Shown piece by piece: positions 50,991 through 62,300 of a stretch of DNA of 64,000 nucleotides. A program made the position numbers and the translations under genes. The notes beneath the pieces were generated by a model, which was not told where the DNA came from, did no database searches, and worked only from the letters and a program-made list of their open reading frames with translations. The stretch is from contig CM119371.1 of assembly GCA_051294905.1 (NCBI GenBank), positions 22,880,001 through 22,944,000 of the forward strand, written 5' to 3'. Every line of letters begins with the position of its first letter. The first letter of the stretch is position 1. This DNA is from Botryllus schlosseri. Its lineage: Eukaryota.

Positions 50991-51519
50991 CAGGTGTTCC
51001 CAACCGGTTGAGGATTCCCCACTGTTGGTGGATTCGATGGTTTCTGGCGGGGAATAGAGGCATTAAGTTAAAATTATATACAGGGTAGTCTACATATTTA
51101 GGGAGACACATGCGCGATTACCGTTACCAGTTAAGTGCTCTGGAATGTATGTATCGAAGAGTATATTGGGTGTTGTTCACAAAAACTCATTATAATTCTG
51201 AATAACCAATCATGTCGTCCCAAAGGCATCCAGCACGACCAGTATGACGTGATATAAGGCTTTCGCTAAATTTTGAGGGCTACCGGTATAGGTTCACAAT
51301 ACATTTTATGTTGGAGTTATTGGCGATTGTCTGGTGTGGTTTGGTTTTCCAGTAGCAAGTCCATGCTAGACGTCACGCAAATGTTATGGAGGGGCATTAA
51401 ATGCATATTTTAAATGTATAATGTAAACAGTATATAGGAGTTTTGGGTAGTGGAGAATAAAAACTCGGAATAAATCTGAAGTCGGGAATGAAGAAAAGAG
51501 GGTTGTGTGTGAACCACTG
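50991..51519. mobile_element. hAT MITE with degenerate TIRs
   Basis: CAGGTGTTCCCAAC ... GAACCACTG; TSD CACTGGGG/CACTAGGG. Confidence 0.7.
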
Positions 51520-51552
51520 CACTAGGGGAACACTAATTAGTGACTATACTGT

Positions 51553-51892
51553 AATCCCGGTTCTGACCAACTTATACTTGGCGGAGGTTTATCCTTGCTC
51601 CTCGTCGCCGACCTCACTGCAACTGCAGGGCATTGAAAAGCCCAGATGAAAAACAGTGAGCCGAGCTACAAGTCGGCAGCAACGACCACGATCGGGCTTA
51701 TGGGAGCGAGAGCGACTGATGAATGGAGCGAGAGCGACTGATGAATGGCTGCAAGAGAGGCCGAAGGACGCTTCCGATACACGAATACAACACAATAAAT
51801 CAAAGACCCATGAACATTATGAAATTTGTGTCGTGGAGCACAAGGCTTAAAACAGCGATAAGCTCCACTGTTTTGTGCCCATTAATATAAAT
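51553..51892 (+). mobile_element. 5'-truncated SINE (same family as 41456-41833)
   Basis: Begins within the B box (AATCCCGGTTCTGACCA); body colinear with the reverse complement of 41470-41770. Confidence 0.8.
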
Positions 51893-52426
51893 ACTAATCA
51901 GAGGCACAGAGAGGAACGCCAAAAAGTGATTTATGTTGCAGTTCGCATTGTGACGCGACCATACGTCACATGTTCGTATTCACGTTTGCCTTTACAGTGA
52001 ACCTTTTACATCATCACGTCAGTACTGGTAACACTATATATGAAGATATCCCGGAGTGTCACCAAGAACATCTGACCGAGATCGCCCAAGCAAGCGTGTC
52101 ACCCCAAAACATCTTTTCAGCATCCAATTCTAATTGAAGTAGTCTTTGTCTGCCACATCTTAGTGAAATTGAAACCAATTACCGTTACTTGTACATATTT
52201 ACTTGAGTGCGTAATTATTGTTACGGAAAGCAAAATATTCTGCCAATAAGTCCGACTTTCTTCTTTTCGATAGGACTGCCGAGTCACACATGATGAAATC
52301 GCATTATCGATTTCAAGCAAAAAGCTGCGTCAGCTATCCCAAAGACAATGCCCAAGGATGATCCGAAGCCCTCAAATCTTGACAACGAAGTAGTCTATGA
52401 TGAAGGAAATGAGAGACAGTATAGTT

Positions 52427-54183
52427 CAGTGCTCTTCAACCTTTTTCGTCATGGTACACCCTTTTAACATTTTCTCAAAACTCGTACACCCCTGACCGTA
52501 TAATACACCGATAAGGCAGAAAGCCGCATTTTGATTACATATACAATACGTCCGGATTCCAGCGTGGAACCGCCGTGGTGCATATGGACGACAAATACTC
52601 ATATGAAATTTGAGACAGGTAACTTAACACCGCGTAGAGCCCTTGTGGTGTTCTGTGCCTTCACTTATTTCTTGAGATATGCAATGCGCAAATTTTCTTA
52701 TTGTAGAAGCAAAACATCTCAGCAGGCTTACAATATATAATATATGTGCCAAAATCGCGAGTATAAATGTCAAGAAAAGACACTAGAATCAAGTGTGTAG
52801 TCGCGCGGAGCGCGAAAATTTTGCCCCTTGAATAGATTTCATCGAAATCGTTGGTAGTTTCACATATTATTGTCAAAAATTTATTCATTCTCAGCTCACG
52901 TGATCAGATTAACCCGTAGAGCTGATGGAGGGTGTCTTCGTAAATATTGCGTACAATATTAATGATGATGCATCTCCCGGTTCCTATTAATCGCATAGTT
53001 GCATGTTGTTATTTCTTGGCCTCCCACCAGGATTGTTTGTATTGTTATTAATGATATTTTTATTACACATCCATGACAGTGGCGATAATCGACAGTGCAT
53101 TTCTTAAAGTTAAGGGTCTTTGCTTTGGGTAATGAGGACGACTTTCGCTTGCACGCGCACTTCCATTCTTCATTCTCTCTCGCTAACGTGCGTCCACTTT
53201 CAGGACTCTGCTGCTGACTTTGGAGCTCGGCTCACTCTTCTTCTAGGCTTTTCAAGACGCTACGTTAACAGGGGGGTCGGCGACGAGGAGCCCAGATAAA
53301 CCTCCGACACATAGAAACATGGCAGAGCCTAGACTCGAACCAACAACAATTGGTTGCATAATGACGGCCGCCAACACACGCAAATTTAAATATGTGTAGA
53401 AGGTCGCAAAATTGCGGCTGAATGAGGCCGTATACGTCCGCAGGTCGAGCACCCCTGGCCTAGCCGAAAGAAGGGTGAACAATGAGCAAGGCTGCAACGT
53501 ATAGGAAATGCTAAATACGAATCAGGGCTCGACGTTACTGGACCACCATCTAACGCAGTGGTTCGCAAGCTCGACCCCCTGGCTGCGCATTGCGCAAGCA
53601 TGTATTCTGCGCTATTCATAAGCTGGCCGCAGGAAGCACCAATTCAAAATGTCCGAGCTGTAGCGGTGGTTTCCTCGAGAATCATCAGACAGATATCGCA
53701 AGCTGAACACATGCTAACTCCACCCTACGCTACTCGAAAAGGAAGTAATAAGTCCATTACCAAGGGTTAAATGATTAGAAACATTTGCTTATGACATCAC
53801 ATTGTACGATATTACACATCCAGTCAATCTGTTTTGAAGCATAAACTGGCGTATTTATTGTGATAGCTATATAGTCATCGTATCACCCTAATGTGGATCT
53901 GGTACACCCCTGTAGACCCAATCCGAGTGGTACACCCTTTACAAATTATGGTACACCGTTGGGTGTACGAAACATCCGGTTGAAGAGCACTGCCATATTG
54001 CTCATTAACCAGTGCGTCAGCCGTCAACCTGTACTGACGCATAAACCTGCCTTTGTGATAGCTAGCCATCGGCTCATTGTAATTCGGATCTGATACACCC
54101 CTGTACACCCCATCCGAGTGGTAAACCCTTTGAAGATTCTGGTACACCCTAGGGTGTACGAACACCCCGGTTGAAGAGCACTG
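52427..54183. mobile_element. hAT MITE with a duplicated right end; contains a SINE fragment (~53135-53375)
   Basis: TIR CAGTGCTCTTCAACC/GGTTGAAGAGCACTG; perfect TSD GTATAGTT; an extra right end terminates at 53992. Confidence 0.9.
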
Positions 54184-56376
54184 GTATAGTTAATGCGACG
54201 AAACAGAGATCTAAATGAGTGTTAACAACGCTTACGACACCGACTATCTATTTTGGCCTTGCATTTTGGAAAATCACCAGGGAATTCCGGGGATAAGGCT
54301 TGCCAGGGAATTTGACCACATTGGCGGTCAAATACCTCCCGTATACGTGATATGATGAAGAGAGATCGCTTTATTGTTACTTCGAACTGAAATAATTCAT
54401 CACTGATACCATCGACTCTGTCTTGATACCAGTGACGTGATTGAAAGTCAGATGCGAATTCTAATAAATGATTTCCGCGTAACCGTAGATCCATCCGTAT
54501 TTTTGTGACGCAAAATATGGCAGAGCTATAGGATCTTGCAATACATTTTCCGTGTTATATTGTGATAAAATGCTTCATTGATTTTCTAGCATCTCCTAAT
54601 ACTTATTTACATTTTCTATTTCATTTTCAGCCAACTTTTGTTACAGCTTAACTGCGTAGAGACATGTGCACCTGTTTGATGCGAGTGTGACCAGACTTAT
54701 AGTTGACCTCCGAGGTCGTATCAATGATTCCTATCTAGTACTGAGCACTGTGCTGTACTGTGCTAGTACTGTGCACACGTATTTTCTGTACCACCATTAT
54801 TGCTCTCTGCTTGTTATGTGTAAAGGTTGGATGACAAATAATGACTCTCTCTCTCGAGATTGAAGTACCTTTCTATCGCACAATTTAAAAATTTTACACT
54901 TATAATTATGTGCCGATTGAATCCCGTTCTCGTGACGAGGCACTCAGTGCATTACAATAACGCTTAGCGTTGGGGTATTCGTAAAATATAATTTCTGATC
55001 CGCATGTCCTGCTGGTTTTAATATTATAAAATAAGAACCGGAAGCAGTAGTGTTTCTCCTGACATCACAAACGCGTCAAAGTGAATGAGTAATTTTCACG
55101 ATCTTACATGGAGTACCTGAAATGCATGTAGGCTACTACTCATAAAACGAATGGAATATCACAAATTCATGGCATTTTATTTAAGTTGGGTTGGTAGGCT
55201 ATGCATATTTGAATTTTTATAATTAGACGCACATAATCAGAAGAAAGACGAAAGGAAGTTTATTGACGCATTGATAGAACACAGAAGAACTTTGAATGGA
55301 TTGATATTGAACTATATCAGGAATGTTGTGCAGTAGCGAACATTGCGCGATAGATGACATACAGCGAATAATACTCTCTATATGACTATATACAATACAT
55401 GTTGTCATACATGGAATAGAGAATCGTTGTTATGAAAACTACAACCATACCTCATCACTACTTTATATGCTCTACAAAATAATAGCGCAAGAAGTACGGT
55501 TCGCTATAAAATTGGAAGTAGAACGTGAAGTAGTTTGAAACCTAATCACTTTATTAAGTAGTGCAAGTAATCAACACTTACTTGAGTAGGCTACTGCGAC
55601 GAATTGGATGTACTTTCTTACCTTCGATGAAATCTCCTGGATGATATCCGTTCCAGAAAAATGACGGTTATTGGCGATATCGATTTATGACGTCGCAGGG
55701 AAACCATTGTAGACAAGGGTAGAGGAAGTATTGTCATAAGAGAAACAGCTTGAGTAACATTATGTTCATTTTATCGGTGAATTTTTATAACTGCTAGATC
55801 AAAATTTGTCTAAAGCCGCATATATCTAACTGCCAATCAGTACGTATGCTAGATAATATTTCTGTAATATTTTAGGGACACTGTTTGGATAGTATGGTTA
55901 CTTGCGCCCGATAGTTGTAACTGATGGTCCTGGGCATAGCATACGACACAATACCATGTGACGCTTGAGCATATGGGCTAAGGATACATGGCTAACGTCA
56001 TGTTAACGGTTAATGTTGATGTTAGGGTTTGGATGAAGGTAAGTTGTTGGGGTGATATATTCGCAAGCTCAACTGTCGTTTTTTTACCGCGTCAGAAGCG
56101 TAGGCCTTTAGAACCAGGGCAACTGCGACTGATATCAATAACGATTCTGAACGCATTCAGGTGCATTGAGCATTCCTACTGAATTAAAGCGATGCGCAAC
56201 ATCGTATCAAAGGTAAGACTTGTCTTTTCTCTTTCGTTCAATGTAGCGATGATAGTTAAATGAGACACTTCAACTCGGTTTGTCAGCGCTTTAAATGCCA
56301 TACGTCCGCTTGGAGCTATTAAGTTCGGATGATGCAACCGGATATTTTATTTCATTTCCGCGTATAATCTGCAGTG

Positions 56377-59300
56377 TCAAGCAGCACCATGTTCTGTCCG
56401 ACTGTTCACTTGCGGTGTTGAACTCGGCGTGAAGAATCTATCATTATCGCCAGCATGTTGCGTTAATCCCATTGGGTGAAGCTCGTGATCTAATCGAGCT
56501 GGGTTATCTTCATCCGATTCACTGAAAGGATCCGTTAATTCCACACTGTATAGACGATCCTCTAGCATCGGTTGCGTGGAGGAATGCCGTTTTCTCCTTG
56601 ATGACCGAAAGGGGGTGGCGTATCCCTTTCTGCTTCTTTTTTGAAAAATAATCAGGCCTATTATCAAAGCAGCGGCAACAATAACGACTGCAATGACCAC
56701 AGCATGAGTGGAGATAGAGTTGCTTTCGGGTTCTGAAATAATAGGGGAAGGATTTGCCTGAAATGCGGGCATCGCTTCGTTCAGTTTTTCACTCGATCTC
56801 AATATTTCTGCAGTTGTTGAAATGAGTTTCATTGTTGAAGAAGTTTGAGCTGGTAATTCATCTAACACACCGACTAGGCCGAATAATCGACGGGTAGCTT
56901 TACTTATAGCGGTAGTAGTAGAAGGGTTTGAACTCGGCGATGGTTTCGGGCTGTTAGTGGTAGATGTCGTGGAGCCATATTGTGGGCAATAAATATCCAG
57001 GCTTAGCAGCCGTCCCGTGTATTCTTTGTTGCTGCTACAGACAATGTCTAGTTGGTCCAAAAGGTCGGACTCGCCTCGGTTCGCTAATTCAATGACGTAA
57101 TTCTGAAAAGGGTGAAATGATTCTGGCGAGTAGGCATATACAAAGCTATGTGCTGTCGGTAGCGTGGTATTATACATGGAAAAGTGTATATATTTGCCGC
57201 ACTTTTGATTCGTTCATCCTCTGATATTTCTGGCATATTACCGTAATCAAGGCTGCGAATTTGGGAACATAGGATTATGATTCTTTTCTGGCACCAACAA
57301 AACAACGGCGTGGACGGGTTCAAATGATACCGTTGGTGGTGTTTTATGTCACCACCAATAAATATATCATGGTTCACGTCAATAAGTCGAAGTCATGTGG
57401 ATGATTGTCGAATCAGAGAACAATTTTAAAATAATATCATGAACTTATCGGAAGACATGAAAATTAGCAAAAACTAATTGCAGAAGATTATTCTGCACCA
57501 TACTACAATAATTTCTAAGTTTAACTCGCGAAATGCTAGTATTAGTATACTATTGTGGATATGAGAAATTCATTTCAAATTACGCAGTTTTCAGGCTTTC
57601 ACAATGATTCCATATATTTTTTAAATCATCCGTGCTCGACACAAAAACTGAACGGCACCGGGCCCTCTTCGGTTTTCGATTGGAGCTATACCGCATCAAA
57701 TGTACTAAACGGAAGTAAACTATTGCATACGTCAGCGCTCAAAGTGGTCGTATACGTGGTCTACTATGCAGCTTCTACATAAATTGAGATCGTATTTCCT
57801 ATCATCTTACTTCGTATGATTTCGTGTCACAGTCGCACCACCAGTCGTTGTCGTCCATGTCTATAGTAATTGTCGCGCTTGCCAATTTATGTAAATTTGA
57901 AAACCATCCTTTCTCGGGTGTTCTTAAATGGTTCCCTCGCATAAGCAACGTGGATAAATTCCTGAAATATATATTTTCTAGTTGAGACTTCGGATATTCG
58001 TGGAAAGAGACATATTTTAGAATATAAAATACGCTTTTTGTCTGTTTAGATAATGTGTGTACCTTCCTTACACGGGGATTTGTATAGCTGATTTGAATAT
58101 GGCGAAGAATCTTGCATGCATATTGCACAATGCACTTGGTTCAATAAGGCGCGTGTAGAAATTGCTACTTGTTGCTCTTCAAGTAGAGATAGAAGCATGT
58201 CAATTTTTACCCATTGGAAACATAACTGGAGATTTCCATAACATATCATGACAAAATTATATCAAGTGCTGGTAATATTTGAAGGTCTGGAAGTTAGTTT
58301 CAGAACGTAGGTTTGGTCAACACGTCGCATACTCTCAGTAGTCGACGGATGCTGGCTATGCTTTTGTGATTACAAAATGTGTCTTGACGACTAAAGCGAA
58401 ATAACTAATTACGCTATACATTGAGGAAACGACGTAATATATTCAGTTGCCGAGATACAGGGATTATCACATGATGCAGTTATCATAATTGAACATAGCG
58501 ATGTGACTTAAACTTATTCCGAAACAACTCTTCACTTTTCAACATCTAAATTGTCAAACTTGAGTAATTCAAAAAATAACTGTTCAAGAATAAGTTGAAG
58601 TATTCTAAAATATTACTACTTAGCCGAATAACTCCAGTACAGGCAAAGTTTCCTTAAGTACCACGACAAAGGAGAAAAATTTCAATTTTGACCGCCACTG
58701 TCATAATTCTCGAATGCTAATGGAACGGAATTCGGTAAGAACAGCTTTTGATATGTAACTGATGGTTGTCAAAGTGCGTTGATTTGGAGTGGGTTGCGTC
58801 ATTTTTACGGTTTCTGATCTACGTGATTTACTGCCATAAAGTAAATTCGGTTATACTTTGCAATGTACCTATCTACGACCCGCATGATTTGCTTACACAT
58901 ACATAAATTTTATTTAAGAGAATGCGCTATTGACCTCGCCCAACATATATTTTACGGTCAGGTTATATGACAATGGAACAGCGAACGACCCGTGGAAATT
59001 CTCTGATTTGGTCGGAGGATCAAGCATAAGCGAGAAAAGTCGATGCAATGCATTCATTGCATGTATTATTGCATACAATATTATGTCAAATATTCAAAAT
59101 ATAGTGCTGAATCGGAAGATATTTTATTAAGTTCAAAAATTTTACTATAATACTAAAATTAAACGAATTTCACTTTGGAAACTAACTCCTATGTTTGTGG
59201 TAGCAACAACTGTCCAAAGAAATTTATAGTTGCCGACATCGGGGTTATATTTCTGCGGCGGTACTTGGAACTGTTCGTAAAATACTATAAATGCTCTATA

Positions 59301-62300
59301 CGAGAATACAAAATGATGCAGTTTATGAAGGTAATAAAGAAAGCACCTTTAAAGTCAAATGAATTGTGTTGACCTCACTCCGTAAAAAACCCACATGTAA
59401 TTTTGGCACTCTCAAGTGACGTAACGTAACAAACTTTGGGGTGCGCCCCCCTTGTGGGGGTGAGAGCATCACAAGGGGCGCGAAGGCGCGACTTACCTCC
59501 AATTCATAGTTATTGCTGTGTGTATAGTCCAAATTTCATATTTGAGAATTATCTCATCCACAGTCATAACCTTCCATAATCCATGCCATCAAGCTATTCT
59601 TTGGGATTGCTAACATTCTGGTTGCATTTAGTTATATGACAGTAAGGGGAGCACGAAATTTTCCACTATAATAAAGGGGGGTCCAAAAGGTTTGAGAACC
59701 ACTGACGTAACGCATGCGATATGCTACGAATATTTATCAATACGTGAATATGAGCTACTATGATGGTTGTATACATCTTTATCTCTGTGCGGGTAATCGA
59801 TTCAACTGCCATGCGTAAGCTAATCACATCAAAAGATAATGAAACAGATTTCTTACCGATTATTGGAAAAGGCATTTGGTGGTATTGCGTCGATTGCGTT
59901 CGTGCTGAGGTTTAAAAATTCGAGAGCAAGATTTCTTTGAAATGTTGTTTCGTCAATCTTCGTCAGTGAATTGTGGTCGATTTGCAAAACCCTAGTGACA
60001 TAAAATTATCTTAAGTAATATACGGACTGACGTGCAATCCTCTACATTTGGGAGTTCAAGCAGATGTAAAGTTAACACCTATACTCGATACCCTACACCA
60101 GTGCTGACTACTGAAACGTTAACATTCGCGTCCAAATATAATTTATTGAGTTTATTCTTTGTTGTAGGAAAACGGTCATTATCCACAGTTATTTCCATGC
60201 CGAATATCAAGGTTTTCGTTCTCTTGCTCAATGACCACATTGTACGTGTAGTTGGGCACCAATTAAAAGATCTATTATTAAGCTATACGTACCTTAATTC
60301 GGTTAGCCCACGAAGACTCTGTTCAGGAAGGTTTTGAAGATGGTTCGATCCCAAATCAAGATTTCGCAGGTGAATTGTGAAAGCCTAAAACGATCGATCA
60401 CGTACAGATATTTATTTCGAAAAGAGAACAAGGAGATGCATTAGGTAAAATCACTTGTGCGATGATACGAATAAAACATGAACGACTTGTGTTATTAAAA
60501 TGAGCAATTGTCAATAGGAAATAATCAAATCAAATCGACTTTCCTAGGCGAGTATATTCATTACATGCCCTCTCAGTCCTAAGGACTAAAAATGCTGTCC
60601 TATTCACGCTACCGAATATTAATTTCAGAAAACTACTAGGTGTTTGAAAAGCAACTTCATGTCACGTGACCACAGTTCCTATCTTGCCTTTTACATTAGT
60701 TAATGCTAACACGAACCGGAACCTTTTAGGGGTTAGCGCCATCAGGGTTGTAACCAGGTCACATGGCTCCGAGTCACAAGTCAATCGCACTTTTATAGTT
60801 TTGACTCGAGTCAAGTCGAGTCATTTTCATTCACCACCAAGTCAAGTCCCAGTCCAAGTCGTCGAGCAGAGGGTCGAGTCCGAGTCATGTTATTATGACT
60901 CGAGTCCGAGTCTAAGTCATTATGTTGACTACTCAGTTTCCAGTTAAAGTCTTGTTAAACCCACTTTTTATAACTCTGTTTGGCAGTGACGTGCGGTCCA
61001 ATGAGGCAGGTGAGGCAGTGCCTCACCTGTCGTCTGGATGAGTAAGTGAAAATTGTGAAACCTCTCCATGAGTCGATGATTATATTGATGTTACACATCC
61101 ACGCTCATAAATAACTAAATTTGAACATCTTTTTCATCCAACATCATCAATTTACATCATTATCATCAAAAATACACCGCGAAACGTGAGATGAGGCACA
61201 GGTGAGGCACGGGCGGGTGGTGCCTCATCTGCAACAATGCAATTGATCATAAATAGCTCGGAATTCTCAATAACTGGTATCAATGAAACGCTATGGTCAC
61301 ACTGATTCCGGATATCTAAATATTAACAGTGTCAGGGCACCAGAACCCTCAAAAATTGCCGAGGAAGGTGACCTTCGCCTTTATTACAGACAATGTCATC
61401 GTAGAGAAACAATCGCTAGGTGAGGCACAAACGAATCTGCTTCATGCACTATTCGCTAACAATTGGACAATCGAAACATTTTGAAACGCGCTATCGATTT
61501 CGGAATCCAACGGTATTGGAGAAATTATATAATAAGCGACGGTCAATGCGTAATGCGAAGCTAATACATTCCCTTACTTATGTAGCTGTTTTGTATTTTG
61601 CATTCATAGCTACGCTAAATTGGGGTATGTGATAGCTACTTGCTAATGCTTCATTGTCGTTGTTCGTGTCCTTTATGCTGTGTTCGACTGCGATCCCTTT
61701 AACCCAGGGGTGGGCCATCTACGGCCCGCGGGCCGCATGCGGCCCGCGACACCGTTTTGTGCGGCCCGCGACAGCCGTAAGAAACTTATTAAAAATATTG
61801 ATTAAATGCGTACCAAATAGCGAATTAATGCAAGGACTTGAATAAAGTTTTTCTTAGTATATTTCACCAAGATAATTCTAAGGCAGTGGTTCTCAAACAG
61901 GGGGCGCACACCTTGGGGTCGTGAAGGCATCTGAAGGGGGGCGCGAAGCTAAGCTCAAGTGAAAACATTTTTCGCGCGTGGCGCGCGATTTACACCCAAT
62001 TCCTACTTTTTGATCTGTATTTAATCTGAATTTCATATCTAGAAGTCTCTCATTCACAATCGTAACCTTCCATGCCATCAAACTATCCGTTTGCTAGTAT
62101 CCTGGTTCCGTTTTCTGATGTGACGATAAGGGGGCGCGAAATCATTCACCATCATAAAGGAGCCGTGTCTTAAAAAGTTTGAGAACCACTGCTCTAAGGT
62201 AAATACTTCCTATATTGTTTTTATGTTTAATTTCTGGCACGACCATCTCAAGGCCCACGCAATTTGAAAGGTTTCAACTGCTAAACATCACAGAAATCGT

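Noticed and set aside
54222..54494. ORF starting MDLRLRGNHLL as a further LRR exon
   Set aside because: Single short motif downstream of the gene C stop, with no supporting repeats or splice chain.
56400..56640. ITIM/ITAM or TIR signalling motifs in the tail of LRR gene C
   Set aside because: The tyrosines (GYATPF, LYSVEL) do not fit ITIM or ITAM spacing, and the tail is too short and unlike a TIR domain.
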